Shown here piece by piece: positions 15,504-24,400 of a stretch of DNA of 32,000 bases. A program made the position numbers and the translations under genes. Under the pieces are notes generated by a model. That model was not told where the DNA came from and searched no databases. It worked only from the letters and a program-made list of their open reading frames with translations. The DNA lies in NCBI GenBank assembly GCA_964633725.1, contig CAZWHY010000011.1:40345-72344 (forward strand), written 5' to 3'. Origin of the DNA: Uncultured Candidatus Berkiella sp. (GTDB lineage Bacteria > Pseudomonadota > Gammaproteobacteria > Berkiellales > Berkiellaceae). How positions within the stretch are numbered: position 1 is the first letter of the stretch; the number at the start of each line of letters is the position of its first letter.

Positions 15504-18215
15504 TTATTGTTGTGCTAAATTTCTCAATACATAATGCAAAATGCCATCATGTTGATAGTAAGCAAATTCTTTCGGTGTATCGATTCTGACTTTGGCGGTA
15601 AACTGTTTGGTTTTGTCATTGCCATTGACTTGAACTGTTACTTCACCTTGGGGTTTGAGATTTTTGAGTTCAATGCTAAAAGATTCTTCGCCTGTTAACC
15701 CTAAGCTAGCCGCTGATTCCCCCTCAAGGTATTGTAAGGGTAAGACACCCATACCAATAAGATTGGAACGATGAATTCGCTCATAGCTTTCTGTAATAAC
15801 GGCTCGTACACCGAGTAAACGCGTTCCTTTGGCTGCCCAGTCTCTAGAAGAACCTGTACCATATTCTTTACCAGCCAGAACAATCAGGGGCGTATTCTCA
15901 GCGGCATATTTTAGTGAGGCATCGAAAATGCTCATTTGTTCTTTTGATGGTTGATGTTGTGTCCAGCCGCCTTCTGTTCCTGGTGCGAGTTGATTACGTA
16001 AACGAATATTCGCAAAAGTACCACGCATCATGACTTCATGGTTGCCGCGTCTTGAGCCATAGGAATTAAATTGATTGGCTGGAATCTTATGCTCGATTAA
16101 ATACTGGCCAGCTGGGGAGTTTGGAGAAATGGCACCTGCAGGGGAAATATGGTCAGTGGTGACCGAATCTGCGACTTTGACTAATACTCTGGCATTTTTA
16201 ATGTCCTTGATTTTTGGCACTTCTTTTGTCATGTTTTCAAAGAAGGTTGGGTGTTTAACGTAAGTTGAATCCTCTTGCCAATCATAAAGCTCAGATTTGT
16301 TCACTTTGATGTTTTGCCAATTTTGGTCACCATCAAATACAGCGTTATAGCGTTTTGTGAACATTTCAGGTTGTAAAGATTTTTGAACAGCCTGTTGCAC
16401 TTTTTCATTGGTAGGCCACAAGTCTTTTAAAAATACCGCTTTACCTGTTTTGTCTTTTCCCAAAGGCTCTTTATCTAAATCTATGTTCATTGTGCCAGCT
16501 AGCGCATATATAACAACAAGAGGGGGAGATGCCAAATAGGCATTGCGAACTTGAGGATGAATTCGTCCTTCAAAATTCCTATTGCCTGATAGTATTGCAG
16601 AAGCTTGCAGGTGGCCTTGGTGTATCGCTTGGTCAACAGCCGGTAGCAGTGGGCCTGAATTACCAATACAGGTTGTGCAGCCATATCCAACCAAATTAAA
16701 GCCTAATTGGCTTAAGCTATCTAGTAAACCAGCTTTTTCTAAGTAATCTGTTACCACTTGTGAGCCGGGGGCTAAGCTGGTTTTGACCCATGGTTTGGTT
16801 GTCAATCCCATTTTGATAGCATTTTTCGCGACCAGACCTGCAGCTAGCATAACGGCTGGGTTGGATGTATTGGTACAGCTGGTGATAGCGGCGATGACAA
16901 TATCGCCATGATTCAGGGTTAATGTTTTACCATCAATTTCAAGCGGGACTTCTCCCTCTAAAATATGGGCACCTTCATTTATGGCATTATCGTCTGCAGA
17001 AGAACTTTCTCTTTCGGCTAATTGCTGTTTGATGGTTTTCGCAAAAGCGGCTTTGGCTTCATTTAAAGGAATTCTATCTTGGGGGCGTTTAGGGCCGGCA
17101 ATAGAGGGAACCACTTCGCTTAAGTCTAAGCGTAAAGAATCGGTATATTCAGCAGGTTTTTGGCCTTTTTCTCGGAAAAATCCTTGGGCTTTGGCATATG
17201 CTTCGACTATTTTTATTTGTGATTCTGTTCGGCCTGTTAGCTTTAAAAAGTTTAATGTTTCTTGGTCGATGGGGAAGAGACCACAGGTGGCGCCATATTC
17301 TGGTGCCATATTAGCAATGGTTGCTCTGTCTGCAAGCGGTAGATGGTTTAAACCATCGCCATAAAATTCTACAAACTTACCGACTACGCCTTTTGCACGT
17401 AGCATTTGTGTAATAATTAAAACCAAATCTGTTGCGGTGGCGCCTTCCGGTATTGTACCTGTTAATTCAAAGCCAATAACCTGAGGGATTAGCATAGTGA
17501 TGGGTTGCCCTAGCATGGCGGCTTCTGCTTCTATGCCGCCAACGCCCCAGCCCAAAACACCTAAGCCATTAATCATGGTGGTATGGGAGTCTGTACCGAC
17601 TAATGTATCTGGGAATAAAATGGTCTTTTCACCTTGTTGTTTTTCAAATACAACGCGTGCTAAGTGTTCTAAATTCACCTGATGGACAATCCCCGTTCCG
17701 GGTGGAACGACTTTGAAGTTTTCAAAAGCCTCTTGTCCCCATCTGAGGAATGCATAACGTTCTAAGTTTCGTTCATATTCTAGAGCCGTATTCTGACTAA
17801 AAGCCATTTTACTGCCAAAATGATCAACCATTACAGAGTGATCAATCACGAGTTCTACAGGATTGAGCGGGTTAATTTTATTAGGGTTGCCACCTAGTGC
17901 TTTCATCGCGACGCGCATAGCGGCCAAATCAACAACGGCGGGTACGCCGGTAAAATCCTGCAAAATGACCCGGCTAGGGGTAAAGGCGATTTCTTGGGAG
18001 GGCGTGGCTTTGGGATCCCAGTTCAGAAAAGCTTCGATATCGGCATCGTCTGTATGGCCTTTTGACTTAAACCTCAATAAATTTTCCAGCAATAATTTTA
18101 AGGAAAAGGGCAATCGATCGACATTAAAGTTTGCGGGAAGAGATTTCAGGCTGAAATACTCATAGTTTTTGTTATTAATGTTTAGGGTTTGTTGCGTGTC
18201 AAATTTATCGTTCAT
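15504..18215 (-). CDS. acnA: Aconitate hydratase A
   Basis: 903-aa ORF with GTDSHTTMINGLGVLGWGVGGIEAEA, the Fe-S ligand region CTTCIGNSG, and the C-terminal swivel domain GKEYGTGSSRDWAAKG. It sits 35 nt upstream of fumC, so the two are probably co-transcribed. Confidence 0.95.
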   Translation of the reverse strand: MNDKFDTQQTLNINNKNYEYFSLKSLPANFNVDRLPFSLKLLLENLLRFKSKGHTDDADIEAFLNWDPKATPSQEIAFTPSRVILQDFTGVPAVVDLAAMRVAMKALGGNPNKINPLNPVELVIDHSVMVDHFGSKMAFSQNTALEYERNLERYAFLRWGQEAFENFKVVPPGTGIVHQVNLEHLARVVFEKQQGEKTILFPDTLVGTDSHTTMINGLGVLGWGVGGIEAEAAMLGQPITMLIPQVIGFELTGTIPEGATATDLVLIITQMLRAKGVVGKFVEFYGDGLNHLPLADRATIANMAPEYGATCGLFPIDQETLNFLKLTGRTESQIKIVEAYAKAQGFFREKGQKPAEYTDSLRLDLSEVVPSIAGPKRPQDRIPLNEAKAAFAKTIKQQLAERESSSADDNAINEGAHILEGEVPLEIDGKTLTLNHGDIVIAAITSCTNTSNPAVMLAAGLVAKNAIKMGLTTKPWVKTSLAPGSQVVTDYLEKAGLLDSLSQLGFNLVGYGCTTCIGNSGPLLPAVDQAIHQGHLQASAILSGNRNFEGRIHPQVRNAYLASPPLVVIYALAGTMNIDLDKEPLGKDKTGKAVFLKDLWPTNEKVQQAVQKSLQPEMFTKRYNAVFDGDQNWQNIKVNKSELYDWQEDSTYVKHPTFFENMTKEVPKIKDIKNARVLVKVADSVTTDHISPAGAISPNSPAGQYLIEHKIPANQFNSYGSRRGNHEVMMRGTFANIRLRNQLAPGTEGGWTQHQPSKEQMSIFDASLKYAAENTPLIVLAGKEYGTGSSRDWAAKGTRLLGVRAVITESYERIHRSNLIGMGVLPLQYLEGESAASLGLTGEESFSIELKNLKPQGEVTVQVNGNDKTKQFTAKVRIDTPKEFAYYQHDGILHYVLRNLAQQ

Positions 18216-18465
18216 TTAAGGGATCTCCTGCTGAAAATTTATCCATGGCATATTTATTCAGCTCCAAAAAAGTATTTAGTAGGTCTTAGCTAAGAGCTGT
18301 AGGTTTATACGCTGCTGCCTCTATTCGTTCATAGAGAATTTTATCTCTTTAGAAAATAAATTGCGAGTAATTGCAATGAGTTAAAAATTATTTATGAAAA
18401 CTAACTATTTTTCCTTGTAAATCAGGGGTGCGGGATCCTACACTTTTTTGTGAGGGGGATACCTA

Positions 18466-18930
18466 ATGGAAGCCAACGAACAAAATAACCAGTATATCGA
18501 TCCTAAGACGATCAATCCGAGATGTAGTTGTTTCAACCTACGTAAAACAACTCGTGCGGTGACTCAGTTTTTCGATCACCAATTAGAGCCTGCGGGTATT
18601 AGAGCCACGCAGTTTACTTTATTGGTTTCAATGGACTCAGCTTCGGCTCGTACGCTAACTGAGATGGCACATACTTTGGTAATGGACAGAACCACACTAA
18701 CACGGAATTTAAAGCCGTTAGAGAAGTTAGGGTTCATACAGACTATGGAGCCTAGAGACAAACGGTCTAAAGCATATGGGCTGACGGAAAAAGGCAAGGA
18801 AACGCTTCTGAGAGGGATGCCACTATGGAATCAGGCTCAAATGCGTATAGAGACAGCCTTAGGCGATGAGCGCTTTGGAAGAATATTAGAAGATCTGGAT
18901 GCCATCACAAAAATTATATCAGAGATGTAA
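18466..18930 (+). CDS. MarR-family transcriptional regulator
   Basis: 154-aa ORF with a winged-helix pattern: LTEMAHTLVMDRTTLTRNLKPLEKLGFIQTMEPRDKRSKAYGLTEKGKETL. The SD (GAGGGGGA) lies upstream. Confidence 0.8.
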   Translation: MEANEQNNQYIDPKTINPRCSCFNLRKTTRAVTQFFDHQLEPAGIRATQFTLLVSMDSASARTLTEMAHTLVMDRTTLTRNLKPLEKLGFIQTMEPRDKRSKAYGLTEKGKETLLRGMPLWNQAQMRIETALGDERFGRILEDLDAITKIISEM

Positions 18931-18955
18931 ACCAGAATAACAAGGAGATCCGACA

Positions 18956-19948
18956 ATGGCTCAGGAGTTGGGTGAAGTTTGCAGTAAAAATAAAGCCAGT
19001 GGTCAAAAGATGACTGGTGAAAAAACGGATTTAGATTCAATTCCTACGAAGATGGGAAAAGCTAAAGCGAGCAAAGTATCGAAAAAAGAAGCAATAGGAG
19101 AGGAGCCTTCTGCTAAATCATTAGATGCAACACACTTATATTTAGGTGAAATTGGTTTTGCGCCTTTGTTAACGGCTGAAGAGGAAGTATATTATACTCG
19201 AAAATTAAGAGAGGGCTGTGCAACGTCACGAAATCAAATGATTGAGAGTAATTTGCGCTTAGTGGTTAAGATTTCTAGACGCTATATCAATCGAGGATTG
19301 GCTTTGCTGGATTTGATCGAGGAAGGGAACTTAGGTTTAATCCGGGCAGTAGAAAAATTCGATCCTGAAAAAGGATTTCGATTCTCGACGTATGGTACTT
19401 GGTGGATTCGGCAAACCATTGAACGGGCTTTGATGAATCAAACGCGCACGATTCGTTTACCCATACATGTTGTCAAAGAGATGAATGTCTATTTGCGCAC
19501 TAGCCGAGAATTATCGCATAAACTGGATCATGAGCCTAATTATGAAGAAATTGCGACTGCGCTGGACAAGCCTAAAAAAGCGATTGAAAGAATTTTAGAT
19601 CTAAATGAGAAAACGTCTTCATTAGATTTACCCGTATCATCTGAAACGGATAGAACCGTTGTGGATACGATTAAAGAAGAAATTGATCATGATCCAATGC
19701 TTTTACTTATGGAAGAAAACTTTAAAAAATCGGTCGATTATTGGCTAGATACTTTAAATGAAAAACAAAAAGATGTGATTGTCAGAAGATTTGGTCTAAG
19801 AGGGTTTCAACAGTCTACCTTAGAGCAAGTAGGTGCTGAAATTAATTTAACACGCGAACGTGTTAGGCAGATACAGGTTGAAAGCTTGGCGCACCTTCGG
19901 CAGTTACTAAATAAGAAAAAATTAACGCAAGATATTTTGCTTAATTGA
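18956..19948 (+). CDS. rpoS: RNA polymerase stationary-phase sigma factor RpoS
   Basis: 330-aa [26 protein letters not shown]...[86 protein letters not shown] is near-identical in pattern to RpoS regions 1.2-2.4. Region 4 ([28 protein letters not shown]) is present. The SD AAGGAG lies upstream. Confidence 0.9.
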   Translation: MAQELGEVCSKNKASGQKMTGEKTDLDSIPTKMGKAKASKVSKKEAIGEEPSAKSLDATHLYLGEIGFAPLLTAEEEVYYTRKLREGCATSRNQMIESNLRLVVKISRRYINRGLALLDLIEEGNLGLIRAVEKFDPEKGFRFSTYGTWWIRQTIERALMNQTRTIRLPIHVVKEMNVYLRTSRELSHKLDHEPNYEEIATALDKPKKAIERILDLNEKTSSLDLPVSSETDRTVVDTIKEEIDHDPMLLLMEENFKKSVDYWLDTLNEKQKDVIVRRFGLRGFQQSTLEQVGAEINLTRERVRQIQVESLAHLRQLLNKKKLTQDILLN

Positions 19949-19957
19949 TATTACTAT

Positions 19958-19990
19958 CCCCGTCATCTTGGCGGGGCTTATTTGCGTATA
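19958..19990 (+). terminator. Possible rho-independent terminator after rpoS
   Basis: CCCCGtcatcttggCGGGG (stems 19958..19962 / 19972..19976) followed by cttatttg. The stem is short and the U-tract modest. Confidence 0.35.
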
Positions 19991-20016
19991 GAACTATTCC
20001 TATTTCTTATTTTTTT

Positions 20017-20034
20017 ATTTAGGACAGCCCTATA
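20017..20034. repeat. Left arm of the 18-bp inverted repeat (REP/TIR-like)
   Basis: ATTTAGGACAGCCCTATA, verified base by base against 21265..21282. Confidence 0.9.
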
Positions 20035-20208
20035 ATAAAACAACATAAATGTTCTAAATTAACAACTTGAATTTAAAAAAAACTACTTTGTATAATTAGG
20101 ATATAAAAATCGATGTGGATTTCATGGGTTGACAGTGTATTGTTGATAATAAAATCTTAGTCTTGATTTGAAAAATAGGGATTAATATTAAAAACCAGAA
20201 TAAAATTT

Positions 20209-21201
20209 CTATTGATAACACGCATTAGCTATTTTCATACCTTTAGGCGCTTGTTTTAAATTATCTTTGGTAAACTTTATGAGCTTGTCGGCCGCTCCAA
20301 TAGCACGAGAAAAATGGCTTTGTAATAACTGGGTCATGCTTATCCAACCGCTGGGTGCTAAATTCAACCTCAACAAAAGAGGTGCAATATTTCCTGGAAT
20401 AAACCCAGGTTTATCTTCCCTAATAGTCCGACCAGTTTCTTCAACCAGTTGTATGTAATCATAAAGATCGAAGTTAATCTTATCATTTAAGTTATTACTA
20501 TCAAAAGACATGAGGTTTTTTGGTTGTTTGGCATTATGAATGCTATTAGCATTTAGCTGTGTATTAGTGTGTTTTTGAAGGTGCGTTAACCTTTCTTGAA
20601 TTGACGTAAAATCTGATTGTTCTGGTGTTTTAGATATTTTCGCTCTAATAGGATTTAAATCAACATAGGCCATAGCAGTTAATAGAGCTGCATCATCTAA
20701 GAGTGCTTGAGATTTAAAACGACCATTCCAAAATTTCCCTTTATTTTCCTCTTCTTTATTAGACAGATTGGCGATGAGCTCATTTAGGCAGCGCATAAAC
20801 CAGCTAATATCGTATAAACGTTCACGCCATTGAGTGATTTTTTGTTCAATGATTTCTGTTGATAAAGAGGAGCGTTGTTGATTAAAGTTTTTAGCATTTT
20901 GTGGAAATAATTTAGCCCATCTATTTTTGACATCATCTGTAGTCCATTGATTGGCTTTATTTGTATCAACAAATAAGACGAGATGATAGTGATTGCTCAT
21001 GATGGCATAGGAGCAGATTCTAATGGCAAATATTTGGGATAGAAATTTAATTCTAGAGACTATCCATTCTTTACGGTGATCGTAGTTTTTATTGAGCTCA
21101 GGCATGTCGCCACAAAGAAAAGAGCCGCGAACGCAACGGTTTATACAATGATAGTAGGGCGTAGCTTCTAAGTCGATTAGCTCTGAGCGCGGTGAAACCA
21201 T
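20209..21201 (-). CDS. REP-associated tyrosine transposase (RAYT) / IS200-like Y1 HUH transposase (COG1943-type) with a long C-terminal extension
   Basis: 330-aa ORF with the HUH motif SNHYHLVLFV and the catalytic-Tyr helix MAYVDLNPIRAKI (YxxxNPxRA). Confidence 0.8.
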   Translation of the reverse strand: MVSPRSELIDLEATPYYHCINRCVRGSFLCGDMPELNKNYDHRKEWIVSRIKFLSQIFAIRICSYAIMSNHYHLVLFVDTNKANQWTTDDVKNRWAKLFPQNAKNFNQQRSSLSTEIIEQKITQWRERLYDISWFMRCLNELIANLSNKEEENKGKFWNGRFKSQALLDDAALLTAMAYVDLNPIRAKISKTPEQSDFTSIQERLTHLQKHTNTQLNANSIHNAKQPKNLMSFDSNNLNDKINFDLYDYIQLVEETGRTIREDKPGFIPGNIAPLLLRLNLAPSGWISMTQLLQSHFSRAIGAADKLIKFTKDNLKQAPKGMKIANACYQ

Positions 21202-21264
21202 TTCTGTGAAATCCGTTATTTAAAAATACGTGTATATGCTAACAGCATGTTTATGTGATTTCAA

Positions 21265-21282
21265 TATAGGGCTGTCCTAAAT
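21265..21282. repeat. Right arm of the 18-bp inverted repeat; a degenerate extra half-copy lies at 21307..21326
   Basis: TATAGGGCTGTCCTAAAT. Nearby, ATAGCCCTCTGTCCTAATTA shares the CTGTCCTAA core. Confidence 0.85.
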
Positions 21283-21426
21283 TATGAGGTTAAGTGTCTG
21301 AGAAGAATAGCCCTCTGTCCTAATTAGTTTTATTTTAGATAACTAACATTGAAAAGTCCCATCAAAACCTCTATCTTACTTGTAAGCGAATAAACACTCA
21401 CTTTAAAGTTTACAGAGGACACTATC

Positions 21427-24400
21427 ATGATTGGAATTTTACAAGGGCTGATGCCATGGGCAAAATTATTAGATCCTAGGCAACTACCATTAATCAATAG
21501 CTACTTAGTTTCGACGCAAGTAGTAACACCCGCACTCACTCTGAGTATTGAACCAGAAGAAGTTAAAACCAAAGATGAAACTGGCATAGAGGCATCCTGG
21601 TATAAAGCAAAAAATAATAACGTATCTGTTAGCCAAGAAGAATGGCGTCGGGCAAAAGAAATTATGTCTACACTGAATAAGAATGAGCAAAACGAATCAT
21701 TTTCTATTTCTAGAAAAAAATATCCTGAACTCAATCATTCTTTTATCGTTTTACAAACAGAGCAAGGTCCTAAATTAGGTGTGATGGCAAGAGCTAAAGT
21801 ATTCACCGATCGTCAAGGAAATGAGATGAAAGAAGGGATAGTGGCACATGGTAAAAGTTGTCAAATTAAAACGGTTCAATGGGAAGATGGCTCCACGGAT
21901 ATTGTCAGAATATCATCCAAATCAAAGAATGATGCGAATAAAATTATTTCTCAAAAAATGGGTTATCACTTGGGCGATTTTGTGGTGAAACGGCCAGAAG
22001 CGACAAAATGGATTACGGGTAAAAATGGCGTAAAAACAATCCAAGATAAAGAATATGCCATTATGAAGCATTTACCAGGAGTGGAACTTAGAGATAATTT
22101 AGCCAATATTAATACTAGGCATCAAAAAATAGCAACAGGCTTGGAAGCCGCTAAAGCGCTCCTTTCATTACAAGAGAAAAATATTATTCATGGTGATATC
22201 CACCCCGGGAATTTATTAATTGATAAAACAGGTAAAATCAGACCAATAGACTTTGATTTGTCTTTTGTTTTAGAAGAGGAGCAAGATACCAAAGTCACGG
22301 GTAAAGCAAGGGGTAGTCGACGATATATGGCGCCTGAAATAGGTGTGTGGAAGAAAAACCGTGGTGCCGCCAACCGAAATGATGGATATTGGGACAAACA
22401 TGACGGTGTATATTCATATGCATCTGATATTTATGCTTTAGGCGCATTATTTGATAGAGACTTAACGTTAGGTCAACGTGACGATGAAATGAAACATCTG
22501 ATTGCCAGGATGAAATCAAAAAATCCTGCACACAGACCAGATATTCATGAAGTTTTAGCACGCTTGTCTCAGGCGAAGTCGCTAAATGAGTCACCGGTAA
22601 CTAAATACTTTGATCTTGAAAAAGAATCAAATCCTGAGGCAAAAGCGCCAATGACAATTTCGGTTGGCCAAGCATTATTGCTATTGATTGACCGATATCA
22701 AAATACCGATACTGAAAAAACAAAGCAATTAAAGGCTCTATATCTGAAAGGCTTTAAAACTCAGGCAGATAAAGATTTGTTAACGCAATGGCTAAATGAC
22801 TCGGCACTAGAAGAATATCATGTGTCTAAAGCGCCAAGTGTTATTAATAATGATGCATCAAGGCGTTATTTTGAAACACATTTATCAATCAATAGCAGCC
22901 ATGCTGCGTTAGAGCAAGCAGAATTAGAGCAACTGAAAGCACATTATCAGTCTATTAAAGATTGTTTTGAAGGATTAGGAGGTGATATTGATGCTAAGAA
23001 ATTCAAACAAACAGGTGAACGTGTATTAAAGCGCGATTATACTAAGGAACAATCTGAAAGACTAGCAAATGGTCAAAATTCCGATGACTTTATCAAAGGC
23101 ATCAGCAAAAAAGAACAAGAGGGTATTGATAGATTATTCTCTGGTGAGATAGCCGATGATGATTATGATATGCATAAAGAATATGCCGATATGATTAATC
23201 GAGTTCAAAACAATCCTGATTATAGTGATACTGAAAAAGAAAAAGCATTGCTTATCGTTAAATCGACTAGATTGTCTATGATTTTGAGTACAAAAATACA
23301 AAAATATAGAAAAAATGGTTTATATTCAGGTGAAGATTTGCCAGGTAATGAAATTTACCAATTGGGGATTTACGAAGGGGAAAACCGTGGGCGAATTTCA
23401 AAACCAGAAGAGCAAAATAGCACCAGAGCGGGACATTTAGGTATCTTGCGAGGTCATATGCCATTATCTGCCAACGATGCAGCTTTGTCAGATGAAGCAT
23501 TTTGTTATTACAAACCTAGCGACCGTTCTACATATGATGTTGATGCCAACTGGACAAATTATGCTATGGATCAATTGGTTCATCCATTCTCTAATAGTAT
23601 TTCAGGTACTTTGTTAGTGCAAATGAAAATGATGATGAAGCTGCATGATGAAGGGAATTTGCAGTTCAAAGACAAAACGGCAATGGAAAATTATTTTAAA
23701 TCAATGATTTCTACTATGTCGGCCGTGAGTGGCGGACATTCTTTATTAGAATTTACGGGGCCATTTTTGTTGAAGGATATACAAGAAAAGTTTAAATTCA
23801 TAGATGGATTTTCGGATATATCATTAGAATCGATGTTTTTGGAAGGGAATGGTGATGCTTTTGAAAAATCCTTGCAAGATACAATTTTGTATAATAATCA
23901 GTTGATTCACAAAGCCAAATTGCATCAAGAGTTACAGGGTAAAGTGAAACAAATCGATAATGAAATGGATGACTCAATTCACGCAATAGCACGTAGTGGT
24001 CGTACGGCACAAATGCAAAAATTAATATTATCGGGGGCTAATCCTGATCAAGAGAACGCAGACGGGCAGTGTGCATTAGATTTGGCAGTGGCTTATAAGC
24101 ATACTGGATTAGTGTTGTTCTTATTAAGTCAGCACAAAAAAGGTCATATTGTGCTAAATGACAATAAGGTCAAAAAATTGATGGAAGAGAACTCAGAAAT
24201 CAAAAAGCTGTATAGTCAGCACAAGAAAAATGAAGATAATGTTATGGTTTCTAAAACAGTCTTATCACAACGAATTGATAAGCTATTGCAAGCGAATAGA
24301 AAACTAAACAATCACTCTACACAGGAAGCTGTTGCAGCGGTGCGCAAAGACTCTGATCAAATCCACCAAGAGCTGATACAAGTAGAGCACGAATTATTCA

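Larger units (their letters stand above)
20017..21282 (-). mobile_element. RAYT/IS200-like Y1-transposase unit bracketed by a perfect 18-bp inverted repeat
   Basis: ATTTAGGACAGCCCTATA (20017..20034) is the exact reverse complement of TATAGGGCTGTCCTAAAT (21265..21282). The single transposase gene lies between them. No obvious target-site duplication is seen. Confidence 0.65.

Noticed and set aside
18331-18400. Possible Fur box upstream of acnA (aconitase is iron-regulated in several bacteria): gagaattttatctc / aataaattgcgagtaattgcaat
   Set aside because: By eye it matches GATAATGATAATCATTATC at only about half the positions. In AT-rich DNA that cannot be told apart from background.
21230-21262. 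Small hairpin ATGCTaacAGCAT upstream of the RAYT start, as a possible Y1-transposase recognition hairpin
   Set aside because: The stem is only 5 bp and there is no counterpart at the other end of the element. The 18-bp inverted repeat is the much stronger signal.
23506-23530. DxD tripeptide (TYDVDANW) as a possible glycosyltransferase motif in the giant protein
   Set aside because: A DxD tripeptide is far too common to mean anything without a recognisable GT-A fold around it.
23581-23616. HPFSNSISGTLL in the central region of the 1,525-aa protein, resembling the start of a Fic/Doc motif (HPFxDGNGR) just upstream of ankyrin repeats, as in AnkX
   Set aside because: Only the HPF tripeptide matches. 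The GNGR/NKR catalytic residues are absent and the spacing to the following LL differs. There is no support for a Fic fold from sequence alone.
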